Source of the DNA: Saprospiraceae bacterium | Lineage (GTDB): Bacteria > Bacteroidota > Bacteroidia > Chitinophagales > Saprospiraceae | Length of the DNA: 64,000 nt | Direction of reading: 5' to 3' | Assembly (NCBI GenBank): GCA_036741235.1 | Contig: DAINSQ010000004.1 | Coordinates: 4,200 to 68,199 of the forward strand | Shown: positions 38,701-49,800 of the stretch, one piece after another | Layout of the letters: every line of letters starts with the position of its first letter | Numbering within the stretch: position 1 is the first letter of the stretch | The notes under the pieces: model-generated | The model's database searches: none | Told to the model about the DNA's origin: nothing | Seen by the model: only the letters and a program-made list of their open reading frames with translations | Translations under genes and position numbers: made by a program

Positions 38701-41700
38701 GACCATTGATAAGAATAGCCCAAACCGCCGCCGATAGCCTCCAGATAAACCGGTTCGCCATAACAAACCTGCAATGTATCATAATAAAAAGCCACCTGTT
38801 GGCCGGATTCGTCAAGTTCGTAAGCCCTGATATCAGAATAAGGAGCCGCAATCATCTGTAAATTGACGGGATTGGGGCTATAGGTACAACCCTGGGCATT
38901 GGTTACAGTAACCCGATAAGCCCCTGGAGATCCGGCGAGCAAATTGGAAGTTACTGCACCGTTGCTCCACGACCAGCTAACGCCGCCAGCCGGCGCTGTG
39001 AGGGTAACAGAATCGCCCTCGCAAAAAATACTGGCCGGGGCAACACTGATGTTGCCCGATAAGTTGTTGGCCGTGACGGTCACCGGCTGGTCTACCACAG
39101 CCGTGCAGCCCTGAATATCCTCTGCGCTCAATTGAACGACATAAACAAAAGAACTCTCATACGCGTGATAAGTACTGGCCAGTGTAGAAGTATTGGCATC
39201 GCCGCTGAACGGATCGCCAAAATCCCAATTTAAAGAAGCAATATCCGGAGGTACGTTGGCCTGAAATTGCAGCGGGGTCCCCTCGCAGTTCTCAACCGGC
39301 GGCGTAAAGCTGATTACCGGCGGGCTGAATACTTCCACGGGTTTTGAAATGACGGCCTGGCATCCCGTCGAACTAGTGACAGTCAACACCGCATTATACG
39401 TGCCGGGAGTATTGTAAACATGCGTTGGATTTTGCAAACCTGAAAAATTCGCGGCGCCGCTGGCCGGGTCGCCAAAATCCCATTGCCAGGATGCAATAGA
39501 AACAAAAGGCAGGTACGTAGACCTATCGTTGAATTGAGCGGCAGCGCCAGGACAAGCCGGGTAAACGATAAAGTCTGCCGCTAATGCCACGGTATCAACG
39601 CGCAAAGTACCACAACTCACAATACTGCCTCCAATATTATAATTGGCCAGCAAAATTACTTCATGAAAACCGGCAGTAGCATAGAGGTGGTTGGGATTAT
39701 CCAGCGTCGAGCTGTTGTTGGCGCCACTTTCGGGATCGTCAAAATTCCAGAATGCCGAACCAGGAATAAACAGCGGGCTGGTTATTTGGTAAGTACGGTC
39801 ATTGCAATCAAATCCAGGAATAATATCAAACGGCGTGATTAAGGCCGGATCACAGGCGCTGCCGCCGCCAGGCAATCCGCCTCCGGCCCCGCCACTGCCG
39901 CAATCGCCGAATACCTCCAATGCATTGGAAGCAGATATACAGCCGTTGACATCCGTCACCTCCACTGTGTATACGCCTGCTATTGATGCCAACAGAGACG
40001 CGGCATTAACGCCGAGCGCCATGCCGTCGCGATACCACTCGTAACTGCTGGCCGTTTGGTTGCCAATAGTGTATAAAGTAGGTTGTTCTACGTTGAGACA
40101 ACGCACTCCCGGCGTACTCAAACGAACCGATGGGGCCGGTAATACGTCTATCTGAAATGTTTCTTCACCTACACATCCAAACGCGTCAGTGACAATCACC
40201 TGGTAATAACCGGGGCCCACCGATGGCGTAGCCGCATTACTGATCACATCGCCATCCTGATCGCGCCAGATATAGCCGGCAAATGCAACACTTGTCTGTA
40301 CCTGCGCAGTCACATTATCGCAGAGCGATCCCGGATGCACAATCGTTGGGGTCGGCAGTGCCAGCACGTTCACATTATATGTGCTGGTTTGGTTGCAAAT
40401 ATCCAATTCCACGGTGGCGGGGCCGGCCCTGTGCCACAACACTTCTATTTGTGCCGCCGTTGGATCGCTGATAATCGTGCCGGCATCACTGGGAGAAATA
40501 CTCCATTCATATTGTAACTGAGGTAAAACCTGTGCGCTATACTGGGCGGTGCTTTCCATACAGACGTCATTATCCCCTGAAATGGTCGGAGCTTGTACTT
40601 GCTGAATATTCAACATCACAGGAGTAGAAGCGCAACCCTGGGCGCTGGTTTGCACCACAGAAAGACTGTTGTTATTGGGAGAAGCCCAGGTCACGCTTAT
40701 TCGCCTGCCCGCGCGGGTACTGGGCACGCCATTGTTAACAACCTGCCAGGAGAAATTATTGGTTGGGAAAGCAGTTGCTACTTCATAAAGATAAGGCTGG
40801 TTGGCGCAAATCTGCGTCGGGCCGATGATGGAATCTACAGGGGGGGTAACATCGGGTACGGCTACGCGAACAAATGCAGAGTCGACGCAATATTCGTTGG
40901 GCATATCCGGAAATGCCACTACCAGGTATTGCCCCTGGGGTACACTCCAGGGAACGGTTGCAGTGCTGACGGGCGCTGCCGATGTCCAGGCAATATTGCC
41001 GCCGGCGCCCTGAAGCTCCCACGACGACACCACCGGGTCGTTATTAATTGCGCTTCTGGCCGTATAGTTACTAGAGCTGCCAGGACAAGCTTCAACAGCG
41101 CCAGTAACCCTGAAGATGGGTTTTACATTCACCTCCAGCGTATCGCTGCCGCCGCACCCCAAATAACAGTGATCAATTTGGACTGCCACCCATTGCGTTT
41201 CGTCAAACGGTGTATCGTCCGCCCAATTGACCGACACTTCGTTGGCGCCTTGTCCTGCAACTATCGTCCCATATTGCGATACGCTCCATACAATATCGGC
41301 GCCATCATATGCCGGAACGCTATATAGAACACTATTACTGCGGCATGCTTTAGCAGGGCCTTCTATTTGCACATCATCTGATAAAATAGGCGCCTCAATT
41401 CTGGTGGGGCGCAAACAGGGACCGGCGCCGACGCAATTGGTCACGGATAGTTCTATCTCCCCCACATATCCGCTATTCCAGGTAATAGTAATATAGGGAT
41501 CAGCAGGTCCGCCACCGTCGATAACGGCGCCATTGGGGCTAACATTCCAATCGTATGCGGCGCAAACTTCCGCAGTCGTATAGGTGACGGTAGCGCCCGG
41601 GCAAACCGCCCCGTCGCAGGTGATAGGTGGTTGACTGGTATCTTCCACTACCACCACCGCATAAGCCGTGTCCAGACAATTGCAGTCGCTGCCGGCTATC

Positions 41701-42554
41701 ATTGTTACATTAAATGTACCGGCTTGCGCGTAAATATGGTTGGGGCTTACCTCGGTTGAAGTACTAAAATCGCCGAAATCCCACAAATAAGTGTTGGCAT
41801 TCGAGGTAGTATTTGTAAACTGTAAATTTTCTCCCTTGCAAATTCGAATAGTATCATTGGATGCAGCCGGACTCGTTGTAAAGCCAGCCACCGGCGGCGC
41901 CAGCACTTCTGCGCAGAGATAGAAAAAGCTGGTACATTGAGGAAAGGTGCCGCCGATACCTTCAAAGGCATAAGCGGCTACTAACTCGCCAATACCTGGC
42001 GAAGCCCAGGTAACCCGTACCTGATCGCCCACATATTGCACGTCTGAAACATTGGAAAAATCGGCATACAAAAAAAAGACGCCGGGATAAGGCGGCGACA
42101 ATAGTGGGTAGGAAAGCGTATAGGTCACGGTAGTCTGCGCGCAAAGCCTGTCGCAGTCCAGGCTGTCAGCCGGATCCGTATCAGGGCATTGCGGCGCATC
42201 GGAATACAAAAGTTCAGGTACGGGCGCGCCATCGGAAACAAACACATTCAACGTTGCCGGGAACGTTAGATCGGATGTTTCTATAATAGCATTTATGACA
42301 TAAGTGCCGGGAGTATCAAAACAAATCTCCTGGGAAAAACCCTGTGAGGAATATTGTACGCCATTGTTCAAAAACCAGATAACATGCGCGTTGGCAGGAC
42401 TGCCTCCGCCGGTGAGTACAACGGAATACGTCGCACACTCGCCAGTACAAACAGATGTCGGCCCGTTAATGACCATCAGCGGCGGATTTTGGGCGTTGAG
42501 CTGAAATTGGGAAAGCATGGCGCATACAAAAAAACAAAGAGTAGAAATACGCAT
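35799..42554 (-). CDS. giant (2251 aa) cell-surface adhesin with PKD/Ig-like repeats and type-B T9SS (gliding-motility CHU_C-like) C-terminal domain
   Basis: Signal peptide MRISTLCFFVCAMLSQFQLNAQ. Several PKD-like units (WDFGD...NPxHxY). Eight ~50-aa Cys-pair repeats. C-terminal FYIPNAFSPNSDGINDLFQVF...WDGDYRGK...VYVWHL is the type-B sorting domain signature. Confidence 0.9.
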   Translation of the reverse strand: MRISTLCFFVCAMLSQFQLNAQNPPLMVINGPTSVCTGECATYSVVLTGGGSPANAHVIWFLNNGVQYSSQGFSQEICFDTPGTYVINAIIETSDLTFPATLNVFVSDGAPVPELLYSDAPQCPDTDPADSLDCDRLCAQTTVTYTLSYPLLSPPYPGVFFLYADFSNVSDVQYVGDQVRVTWASPGIGELVAAYAFEGIGGTFPQCTSFFYLCAEVLAPPVAGFTTSPAASNDTIRICKGENLQFTNTTSNANTYLWDFGDFSTSTEVSPNHIYAQAGTFNVTMIAGSDCNCLDTAYAVVVVEDTSQPPITCDGAVCPGATVTYTTAEVCAAYDWNVSPNGAVIDGGGPADPYITITWNSGYVGEIELSVTNCVGAGPCLRPTRIEAPILSDDVQIEGPAKACRSNSVLYSVPAYDGADIVWSVSQYGTIVAGQGANEVSVNWADDTPFDETQWVAVQIDHCYLGCGGSDTLEVNVKPIFRVTGAVEACPGSSSNYTARSAINNDPVVSSWELQGAGGNIAWTSAAPVSTATVPWSVPQGQYLVVAFPDMPNEYCVDSAFVRVAVPDVTPPVDSIIGPTQICANQPYLYEVATAFPTNNFSWQVVNNGVPSTRAGRRISVTWASPNNNSLSVVQTSAQGCASTPVMLNIQQVQAPTISGDNDVCMESTAQYSAQVLPQLQYEWSISPSDAGTIISDPTAAQIEVLWHRAGPATVELDICNQTSTYNVNVLALPTPTIVHPGSLCDNVTAQVQTSVAFAGYIWRDQDGDVISNAATPSVGPGYYQVIVTDAFGCVGEETFQIDVLPAPSVRLSTPGVRCLNVEQPTLYTIGNQTASSYEWYRDGMALGVNAASLLASIAGVYTVEVTDVNGCISASNALEVFGDCGSGGAGGGLPGGGSACDPALITPFDIIPGFDCNDRTYQITSPLFIPGSAFWNFDDPESGANNSSTLDNPNHLYATAGFHEVILLANYNIGGSIVSCGTLRVDTVALAADFIVYPACPGAAAQFNDRSTYLPFVSIASWQWDFGDPASGAANFSGLQNPTHVYNTPGTYNAVLTVTSSTGCQAVISKPVEVFSPPVISFTPPVENCEGTPLQFQANVPPDIASLNWDFGDPFSGDANTSTLASTYHAYESSFVYVVQLSAEDIQGCTAVVDQPVTVTANNLSGNISVAPASIFCEGDSVTLTAPAGGVSWSWSNGAVTSNLLAGSPGAYRVTVTNAQGCTYSPNPVNLQMIAAPYSDIRAYELDESGQQVAFYYDTLQVCYGEPVYLEAIGGGLGYSYQWSTGQSGQVAEFSEDRGNLLSEGQHDISLTVVNQINGCSAVVGPFVVNVNPNPVDLQISTQPTGLLCESTPITFSVDTPESGVNYFWSTGQTGPSIINTLAGNYYAVAVNSFGCQAQSNTVNVQKGPNVKQVPSGCHTRCLPDTICVPPILGAVSYQWYLNGNAIAAPEGTMLNLAPMQSGNYTLEVTDALGCQLTSADLNLDLFPGYGTISGSIYVDVNDNGIIDLSDTLFNGGGIFISDPALQVDTLLLADNGSYIWVNATANDYTMVLDTLSLPSNYQPIYVQVDSTLSGCPGGIAVDWLLKLCPLISSNTVLSFCEGESVVYQGQTYAMDTTFSIQHQALSGCDSLENVAITMLPSQTMVVDLSACPGDQVTYEGISLAVGDQQDFIYTNQYGCDSIISVSVLALPTDASSLTLQTCPGTTIDYNGTALTVGDQIPFTFTNSLGCDSVVTVSVTALPTDATSLALQTCPGTTIDYNGTALGVGDQVAFTLANSLGCDSIVTVTVSALPTSTGSVSLQSCPGEPLVYNGITLNVGDQVDFTFANSVGCDSVVTVTVSALPTSTGIEQLEACTGTTVTYNGQTLLPGSQTSVTLTNSVGCDSIVTVTVVELFPDTSDLQLLTCPGETITYQGTTLQAGDTAEFVLAGQGQAGCDSIVRVSVSALVVDTTQLAFQACEGASIDFNGITINAGETQTITLSDQQGCDSVIIVSVSALPAPDFSASSTASCPNSGTGAIRVANVNGNGPFEYSIDGNTFQQEADFSAVEAGDYLVVVRDANGCESENTVAVPTLESLRLSTEEFILPCNELQVEIGVNILSGLVGQISYLWDNGDTTATRIVTAAGVYNLQVSNDCEAVGQSVSVVPEVRGKLGIFYIPNAFSPNSDGINDLFQVFTGEGVQVEEFQLNVFDRWGNMLYSSDDYTAGWDGDYRGKAMNPGVYVWHLKAIVFRCGQLVSFEDKGDVGIVR
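36550..37775 (-). repeat. eight tandem ~50-aa coding repeats (consensus ..L.TCPG..I.Y.G..L.VGDQ..F...NS.GCDS.V.V.V.ALP)
   Basis: Read from the translation of the adhesin. The DNA copies are clearly diverged at many third positions. Confidence 0.85.
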
Positions 42555-42591
42555 GGGCTTACGTGTTTTCGGGAAAATAATCAAATTCAAC

Positions 42592-42599
42592 CAAATCTA
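42592..42599 (-). promoter_or_regulatory. Bacteroidota-type -7 box (TAGATTTG on minus strand) for the adhesin gene
   Basis: Plus-strand CAAATCTA, 38 nt upstream of the ATG at 42554. It argues against the ORF-track start at 42590. Confidence 0.45.
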
Positions 42600-42806
42600 T
42601 TAATGATTACGCGTACAGCAGCAATTTTGGACGCGACTTCACTCGATCATTCATCAAGCTGAAAAGTAATAAAATATGCTGATTAGATTCAATAACACAA
42701 TTACTTTGCTGCCTGATATTGTGAAAATACCAAAAAATACTTTCAATTTACCCCAACTGGTTTTTCTGGCAGTACGTCTTATTATGTTATAACAATCACT
42801 CGACCT

Positions 42807-44078
42807 ATGAAAAACCTTACGCCATTCATCCTGCTCTGTTGTTTGTCAGCCTTCGCATTTTCCAACGCCGTCGCGCAATGGGTTCCGCTTAACTCCGGTA
42901 CTACGCAAAAGCTAAACGGCATTCATATGCTCAACGCCAACTATGGCGCCGCCGTAGGTCAAAATGGCGTTGTGCTGCTGACTACCGACAACGGCAATAC
43001 CTGGACCAATATTGGAGATGTCACGCTAACTGATTTGAGGGCAGTTCTAGTGTTGGGTATCGATACCTTATTGGTAGCGGAAGACGACTTCAATTTTGGA
43101 AAAGTATACCTCTCGGTAGATGCCGGAGAACACTGGGAAGATGTTACCGCCGGCGCTGCGTTGGCAGTGGGTGGCGAACGCGTTTTTTCTCTCAACAGCC
43201 AATCTGTGGCATACAGTGATAATGGCATCGACAATTGGATACCGACCAACATAGTATTGGGAGGGACAACCATTCCCGACCAATTGCACTTCCCAACGGC
43301 TCAAACCGGTTATGTTTTTGCCAATATCAGCGGTTTTGCCACATACTCTAACTACAGCTACCGAAGCGATGATGGCGGATTGAGCTGGCAGCCGCTTTTC
43401 CCTTTCGATTTCCCCAATGCAGGCGCATATACAGCCGCCTGTTTCGTCAATGCCGATACCGGTTATTTTTTTATGAATCAATATCTCAGCTTTTTACCCG
43501 GCCCTGTCAACCAGTTGGTCAGAACCTCGGGTTATTACTATGACAATACAGACGGGGTAAACAGCTGGCGTTTTAATGCAGCGGTTGTCAATGCCAATAT
43601 GCCCGCTTTCATTAATGACGCTTTTTTTGAAGACGATATGAGAGGATATGCCGCTGGAGAAAACGGCGCCTTGTACGTTAGCTCCGATGGCGGCGCCAGT
43701 TGGGAACCTGACCACCTTGCCAATACGCCGTTAAATGCCATTGCCGGAGTCGATCATCGCGCAGCGTTTGTAGTGGGCGACGATGGCGTCATCCTGCGCA
43801 ATAGCCTCATTACCAGTACACCCACTCCTCCTTCGCCAGCACTCGCATTATCCGTTTATCCCAATCCGTCATACGGCTTACTTACCATTCAAGGGGCAAA
43901 AATGGATAACGCCAGGGAAATAACTATCTCAAACGCTACCGGCGTTTTGGCTGGCACATGGACGTCAATTATAGGCCAAACCATCGACATCAGCGGGCTA
44001 ACAGCGGGCGTGTATTATTTGAATGTAACATTCAGCCAGGGCGAGCGCCGGCAGGGTAAGTTTATTGTTGCCCGTTAA
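42807..44078 (+). CDS. secreted BNR/Asp-box beta-propeller (Ycf48-like) protein with T9SS C-terminal domain
   Basis: Signal peptide. Repeated SxDxGxxW boxes (TTDNGNTW, SVDAGEHW, SDDGGLSW, SSDGGASW). C-terminal LSVYPNPSYGLLTIQG...GVYYLNV tail. Confidence 0.85.
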   Translation: MKNLTPFILLCCLSAFAFSNAVAQWVPLNSGTTQKLNGIHMLNANYGAAVGQNGVVLLTTDNGNTWTNIGDVTLTDLRAVLVLGIDTLLVAEDDFNFGKVYLSVDAGEHWEDVTAGAALAVGGERVFSLNSQSVAYSDNGIDNWIPTNIVLGGTTIPDQLHFPTAQTGYVFANISGFATYSNYSYRSDDGGLSWQPLFPFDFPNAGAYTAACFVNADTGYFFMNQYLSFLPGPVNQLVRTSGYYYDNTDGVNSWRFNAAVVNANMPAFINDAFFEDDMRGYAAGENGALYVSSDGGASWEPDHLANTPLNAIAGVDHRAAFVVGDDGVILRNSLITSTPTPPSPALALSVYPNPSYGLLTIQGAKMDNAREITISNATGVLAGTWTSIIGQTIDISGLTAGVYYLNVTFSQGERRQGKFIVAR

Positions 44079-44159
44079 ATATCCGGTTACTACCATGCGA
44101 TAATATTTGCAAAGGCCAGGATATTTTATTAATATAGCGGCGGCAAAAATCTACACACC

Positions 44160-45548
44160 ATGCAAAACGAATGGACCCGCCGCGATTGGCTGAAGACCCT
44201 CGGCCTTTTTTCTGCCGGCGCCATGCTGCCCGTCGACGCCTTCAGCAAAATATCGGAATACTCCTACGAATTACCGCTACAAGCTTACCCCCCTTTAGCT
44301 AAGCCGCTGACGGCCATAGTATTGGGCGCAGGCAACCGGGGTAATGTTTATGGTAATTATGCCGTCGAATTTCCCGCCGAGCTCGATATCATTGGCGTGG
44401 CAGAACCCATCGCCCTGCGCAACGAACGATTTGCAAAAAAACATCAGATCGCCGATAATAACCGGTTTGTCACCTGGGAACACGTCTTTGAAAGGCCCAA
44501 ATTTGCCGACGCGGTCATTATAACTACGCCTGACCATCTGCACTACGGCCCCGCTATGAAAGCGCTGGAAATGGGTTACGATTTATTGCTTGAAAAACCT
44601 ATAGCACAGAGCTGGCAAGAATGCAAAGATATTCTCAACCAGGCAAAAAAATACAATCGCATCGTGGGCGTTTGCCATGTGTTGCGTTATTCTCCCTACT
44701 ATCGAAAAATCAAAGAAATCATAGAATCCGGCGTTTTGGGCGATATCGTCAGCGTACAACATCTGGAACCCATCCAGTACGTGCATATGTCGCACTCCTA
44801 TGTGCGTGGCAACTGGCGTAAGACTGCTGAAACCAACCCTATTCTGCTGGCCAAATCCTGCCACGACCTTGATATCATACGCTGGTGGCTCGGAAAAAGC
44901 TGCACGTATGTCAGTTCTTTTGGGTCGCTGAAATGGTTCCGCAAGGAAAATGCCCCCGCCGGCAGTACCATGCGTTGTACCGACGGCTGCGCCGTTGAAG
45001 CCTCCTGCCCCTATTCCGCGCTTCGTATTTACTACCGCAATAAAACCTGGCTCCACCACTTCGACCTGCCCGAAGACAAATCGCAATGGGCGGATGCCAT
45101 TATGAAAAATCTTAAAGAAGGACCATACGGCCGTTGCGTATATCAATGCGACAACGATGTGCTTGATCACCAGGTCGTAGCCATGGAATTCGAAGGCGGC
45201 ACGACCGTTAATTTCAGCATGGAGGCCTTCACCAACTACGCAGGCCGCCGCACCCGCATAATGGGCAGCATGGGCGACCTGGTGGGCGATGAAACGGATA
45301 TCTACCTGGCCAATTTCAAAACCGGCGAATTGACAAAGTGGAACGTCAACGAAAATACCCAGATCAAATCAGGCCATGGCGGCGGCGACTGGGGCCTCGC
45401 CCGCGATTGGGTGCAGGCCGTATCCCATAGAGACCCTTCACTACTTACTTCTACACTGGACGCCGCTATGGAAAGCCACCTCATCGGCTTTACCGCCGAA
45501 AAAAGCCGGCAGTTGCGCACTGTAGAAAAAGTTGACATGAATAATTGA
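44160..45548 (+). CDS. Gfo/Idh/MocA family oxidoreductase with twin-arginine (Tat) signal
   Basis: TRRDWLKTLGLFSAGAM Tat-like leader, Rossmann segment AIVLGAGNRGN, EKP motif (LLLEKPIA). Confidence 0.85.
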   Translation: MQNEWTRRDWLKTLGLFSAGAMLPVDAFSKISEYSYELPLQAYPPLAKPLTAIVLGAGNRGNVYGNYAVEFPAELDIIGVAEPIALRNERFAKKHQIADNNRFVTWEHVFERPKFADAVIITTPDHLHYGPAMKALEMGYDLLLEKPIAQSWQECKDILNQAKKYNRIVGVCHVLRYSPYYRKIKEIIESGVLGDIVSVQHLEPIQYVHMSHSYVRGNWRKTAETNPILLAKSCHDLDIIRWWLGKSCTYVSSFGSLKWFRKENAPAGSTMRCTDGCAVEASCPYSALRIYYRNKTWLHHFDLPEDKSQWADAIMKNLKEGPYGRCVYQCDNDVLDHQVVAMEFEGGTTVNFSMEAFTNYAGRRTRIMGSMGDLVGDETDIYLANFKTGELTKWNVNENTQIKSGHGGGDWGLARDWVQAVSHRDPSLLTSTLDAAMESHLIGFTAEKSRQLRTVEKVDMNN

Positions 45549-45573
45549 ACCATCACTGTATTAACTCGATAGT

Positions 45574-46725
45574 ATGCCTGAAAAATTGCGTATGGGCATG
45601 GTGGGCGGCGGTATCGGCGCGTTCATCGGCGGCGTACACCGCATGGCCGCCAACCTCGATGGCGAAATAGAATTGGTTTGCGGCGCTTTTAGCAGCGACC
45701 CTGCAAAGTCAAAAGCCTCCGGCGAAGCGCTTTATCTGCCCTCCGACCGCGTATACGGCTCTTTCCAGGAAATGATAGAAAAGGAAAAGCAACTGCCGGA
45801 AAATAAACGCATGCAATTCGTTTCTATCGTTACCCCCAACCACATGCACTTCGCTCCGGCGAAATTGGCGCTTGAAAACGGCTTCCATGTGGTTTGCGAC
45901 AAACCGCTCTGTCTCAATATGGAAGAGGCCTACGAATTGCAGCGCATCGTAGAACAAACCGGACTACTATTCGCCCTTACCCATAACTATACGGGGTACC
46001 CCATGGTGAAACAGGCCCGGCATATGATTCAACAGGGGCAATTGGGCGCTTTGCGCAAAATTGTGGTGGAATATCCTCAGGGCTGGTTATCTACCAAAAT
46101 CGAAGATGCCGACCAAAAACAAGCCGCCTGGCGCACCGACCCCCAGCGCTCGGGCATTGCCGGCGCTATGGGCGATATCGGCACCCACGCCGAAAACCTG
46201 GCGGAATACATCACCGGCCTCAAAATAACTCAACTCTGCGCCGACCTGAGCACTTTCGTGTCCGGCCGCCGGCTCGACGACGACGGCAATGTGCTGCTCC
46301 ATTTTGAAAACGGCGCCAAAGGCATACTGCACGCCAGCCAAATATCGGCAGGCGAAGAAAACAACCTCAATATTCGCATTTACGGCGAAAAAGCAGGCCT
46401 CGAATGGCGACAAATGGAACCCAATACCCTCATTGTTAAATGGCTGGAAGCGCCAACTCAAATATTGCGAACCGGCGTAGGCCCCCTGTGCCGGTCTGCC
46501 CAGGCGCATACCCGCATCCCCTCCGGCCATCCTGAAGGGTACCTCGAAGCCTTCGCCAATATTTATCGCAATTTCGCCTTCTGCCTGCGCGCCAGATTGG
46601 AAGGCAAGGCGCCCGATCCCGTCTACCAAGACTTCCCCTCAATACACGACGGCGTAAGGGGCATGCTTTTTATTCAAAAAGTGGTTGAATCAAGCGCTTC
46701 CTCTCATAAATGGACAGATTGCTGA
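45574..46725 (+). CDS. Gfo/Idh/MocA family oxidoreductase (no leader)
   Basis: [16 protein letters not shown] Rossmann segment, VCDKPL (EKP-type) motif, 383 aa. Confidence 0.85.
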   Translation: MPEKLRMGMVGGGIGAFIGGVHRMAANLDGEIELVCGAFSSDPAKSKASGEALYLPSDRVYGSFQEMIEKEKQLPENKRMQFVSIVTPNHMHFAPAKLALENGFHVVCDKPLCLNMEEAYELQRIVEQTGLLFALTHNYTGYPMVKQARHMIQQGQLGALRKIVVEYPQGWLSTKIEDADQKQAAWRTDPQRSGIAGAMGDIGTHAENLAEYITGLKITQLCADLSTFVSGRRLDDDGNVLLHFENGAKGILHASQISAGEENNLNIRIYGEKAGLEWRQMEPNTLIVKWLEAPTQILRTGVGPLCRSAQAHTRIPSGHPEGYLEAFANIYRNFAFCLRARLEGKAPDPVYQDFPSIHDGVRGMLFIQKVVESSASSHKWTDC

Positions 46726-46854
46726 TAAGACTCCCGCTTGCTCCTGAATAATATACGACCTTTTTGTCTAGTATTTGTCATTTAAATTACTAAAAAATTA
46801 TTCGAAAAATTTCTATCTTTAACATTCATCATTTCATCATCAAAAACCGCTAAT

Positions 46855-49800
46855 ATGAAGAACTGCTACTTGTCTAAGCTGTGGGCTTTAGCGATAGCAT
46901 TGTTGGCATGGACGGCAACGACCAATGCCCAGATCGTTAAAATCACTGTGAATGCCCCGGCTGGAATTGCAGGCGACTATCAGGCCCTCCAGGCCGCTTA
47001 CTCACCGGCCCTAACCGGAACCACAGGCGACGTTGTTTATGCCAACCCCGCCGACGGCTGTACGGCCCCTACCAATAGCCTGACCGGATCAGTTGCCCTG
47101 ATGGACAGGGGAACTTGTCCATTCGCTACCAAGGCCGTCGTTGCCCAACAGGCAGGCGCCATAGGCGTTATCGTGTGCAATAACACGCCTCTCTTCCCGC
47201 ACAAAGCTATCGTGATGGGCGGCACGCCTTCCGAGACAATCAACATCCCCGTGGTGATGTTGTCCTGGGCCGATTGCGAACTTATCAAAGCCGAATTGGC
47301 AAACGGCGCTGTAAACGTAACGTTCTCTCCCGATCCCATCCCCGCCGAGGCAGGCGAGGTTTGCGATACGGCAATACCCATCGGCCCCGGCACGCATACG
47401 GTTGCCCCCATTGACGGCGGCTTCGGCGCTGTGTTTATCAGCGGCGTATTGGATAACAACTCCAACGCCAAGTGGTATTCCTATACGCCTACTGTCAACA
47501 ACATCGCAACGGTTAGCTCCTGCGGCCAGCCCGTCGACTCGCGCGTGGCTGTCATTTCCGGCGTTGACTGCGCCAACCTCGTACTCGTCGATCTAAATGA
47601 CGACTGCGATCCGGACAACAACGACTTTGCCTCCGAAGTGAGCTTCCTCGCCGTAGCCGGCCAACAGTATTTTATCTACTGGGACGACCGCTGGGACCAC
47701 AATGGGTTTGAATTTACACTCTCTGAAAACACGACGCTGCCTCAAGCGCTTGTGACCTTTAACGTTGACATGGCGCTCGAGACGGTAAGCCCCGACGGCG
47801 TCAGAGTAGCCTACGGTACTTCGAGCAACCCGGTACTGACCGAGATAATTCTCGCCGATGGCGACGGCGACGGCGTTTATTCCGGCTCCGCCAATATTAC
47901 GCTGTTGGATACACTAGGTTATGTGTTCGTGAATGGACTGGTAGCTCCCGGCAATCAGGAAAGCGTACCCAACGAATGCGGCGTGCCTTCTATTTTCGGC
48001 TTTAATTTCCGCCCATTTATTGTAGGTGACCCTAACGGTACCAATATTCCATCGGTTTGCTTTAGCAGCTGCGGCGATTGCGTCTTCGTTGTTGACGACT
48101 GCGAAAACCCGCTTATCCTCATTGAGGACGATGCTGAAGGATATGCAGCCGGCAACGCACAAGGCCAACCAGGCGCAGATCACTGGGGCTCATGGCCCGG
48201 CGCTGCCAGCTCGGTAGTTGTTAATGCTGAACAGGCTGAAAGCGGCGCGCAATCATTCAAAGTATCCGGCGCTATTACGGGACAGGATGCTTTGTTGCTT
48301 CTTGGCGACAAAACCCAGGATCACTACGCTGTTGCCTGGAATATGTACATCCCTACCGGTAAACGGGCTTATTTCAACGTTCAACACCAGGCGCCCACCG
48401 CTTCTGCCGGCTTCTGGGCAATGGATGCCTTCTTCGGCGACGAAGGCGACGGTACGGCTTTCCTGCAGATCTACCCCAATAACGTAGCTGCCGAAACGCC
48501 GCGTTTCTCTTATCCCAACGATACCTGGTTTTTCGTATACCTTTTTGTCGACCTCGACAACGACGAGGCTCGCCTGATTGTTGATGAAACCACTGTAGCC
48601 GCATGGCAGTTCAGCTTCGGTATCACCAACGGCGGCGCCGCTTCACCGCTCAACCAACTCAACGGCATCAACTTCTATCCGCGTGATGCCAACGATGAGT
48701 ACTATGTGGACAACGTTCAGTTTGTCCAAATACCCGATGCAGGCGTAGGCCAATACTGCTACACGGCAGTTGACATCCAGCCGGGTGTTCATGCAGTGCC
48801 CGAACTTACTTGCTTCGGCGGCGCCTATGACCTTGGCAGCAACGGCGAGGGTATAGCAACCTACTGGTTTAAGTATACGCCTACTCAGGACGGCGTCATC
48901 AGCATTTCATCCTGCAACGGCGGCGCTGATTCACGCGGATGGATTTTTAAAGGCGACTGCCACGGCCTGGAAATACTGGGCGTCAACGACGATATGTGCG
49001 AACTGGCCCCCGGCGGCGACGCTTATGCTTCTTACCGCGAAGCTATCGTTGAAGCGGGCGAGACCTATTACATTATGTGGGACGACGCCTGGGAAAATAC
49101 CGGCTTTGATTTCGAACTCAGCTTCTCTACCGATGCTCCCGCTGAAGGCGATTTCTGCCAAACTGCTATCGCCGTTGATCCGGGCGAGCATTCTATCGAA
49201 GAATTCACCGGCGATGCAGCCGTTGCCGGCCCCACGATCGGTACCAGCACGCTGTCGGAAACACCCTATGCACAGTCTGAGTGGTTCTCATTTACGCCCA
49301 CCACAGATGGTACAATGACGATCACTTCCTGCGACGGCGCAGCCAGCGATACCCGCCTCTGGGTATACACCGGCGATTGCTCCTCGCTCAACAGCTTGAC
49401 GGTTGTTGCGGAAAGCGACGACGGCTGTACGGGCGGCGCGGGCCCCTCGCAAGTCACGGATGTACCCGTCACTGCCGGCACTACTTACCTCATCGAGTGG
49501 AACGACCGCTTCTCTGAAGACGCTTTCTTGTGGGAATTGATATTCAACCCGCTGTCGGTTGACGTGACCTTCCAGGTTGATATGGCGCTTTCTACAGTTG
49601 ATCCGGGCGGCGTATTCCTCGCCGGTTCGTTCAGCGACTTCCAGAACCTGCCGATGAGCGACGGCAATGGCGACGGCGTTTACACCGCTACCGTGGCTAT
49701 CCCGCAAAATACGACGGTGACCTACAAGTTCAAAAACGGCCCCGATGGCTGGGAATCAATCAACACCAGCGTTGGCGGCGTGAACTGTACCACCGGCGGC

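Noticed and set aside
35799-42554. Internal repeats of the giant adhesin, considered as a diversity-generating retroelement target or a phase-variable contingency locus.
   Set aside because: There is no reverse transcriptase and no template-repeat copy in the window. The DNA repeats are too diverged for slipped-strand or easy recombinational variation.
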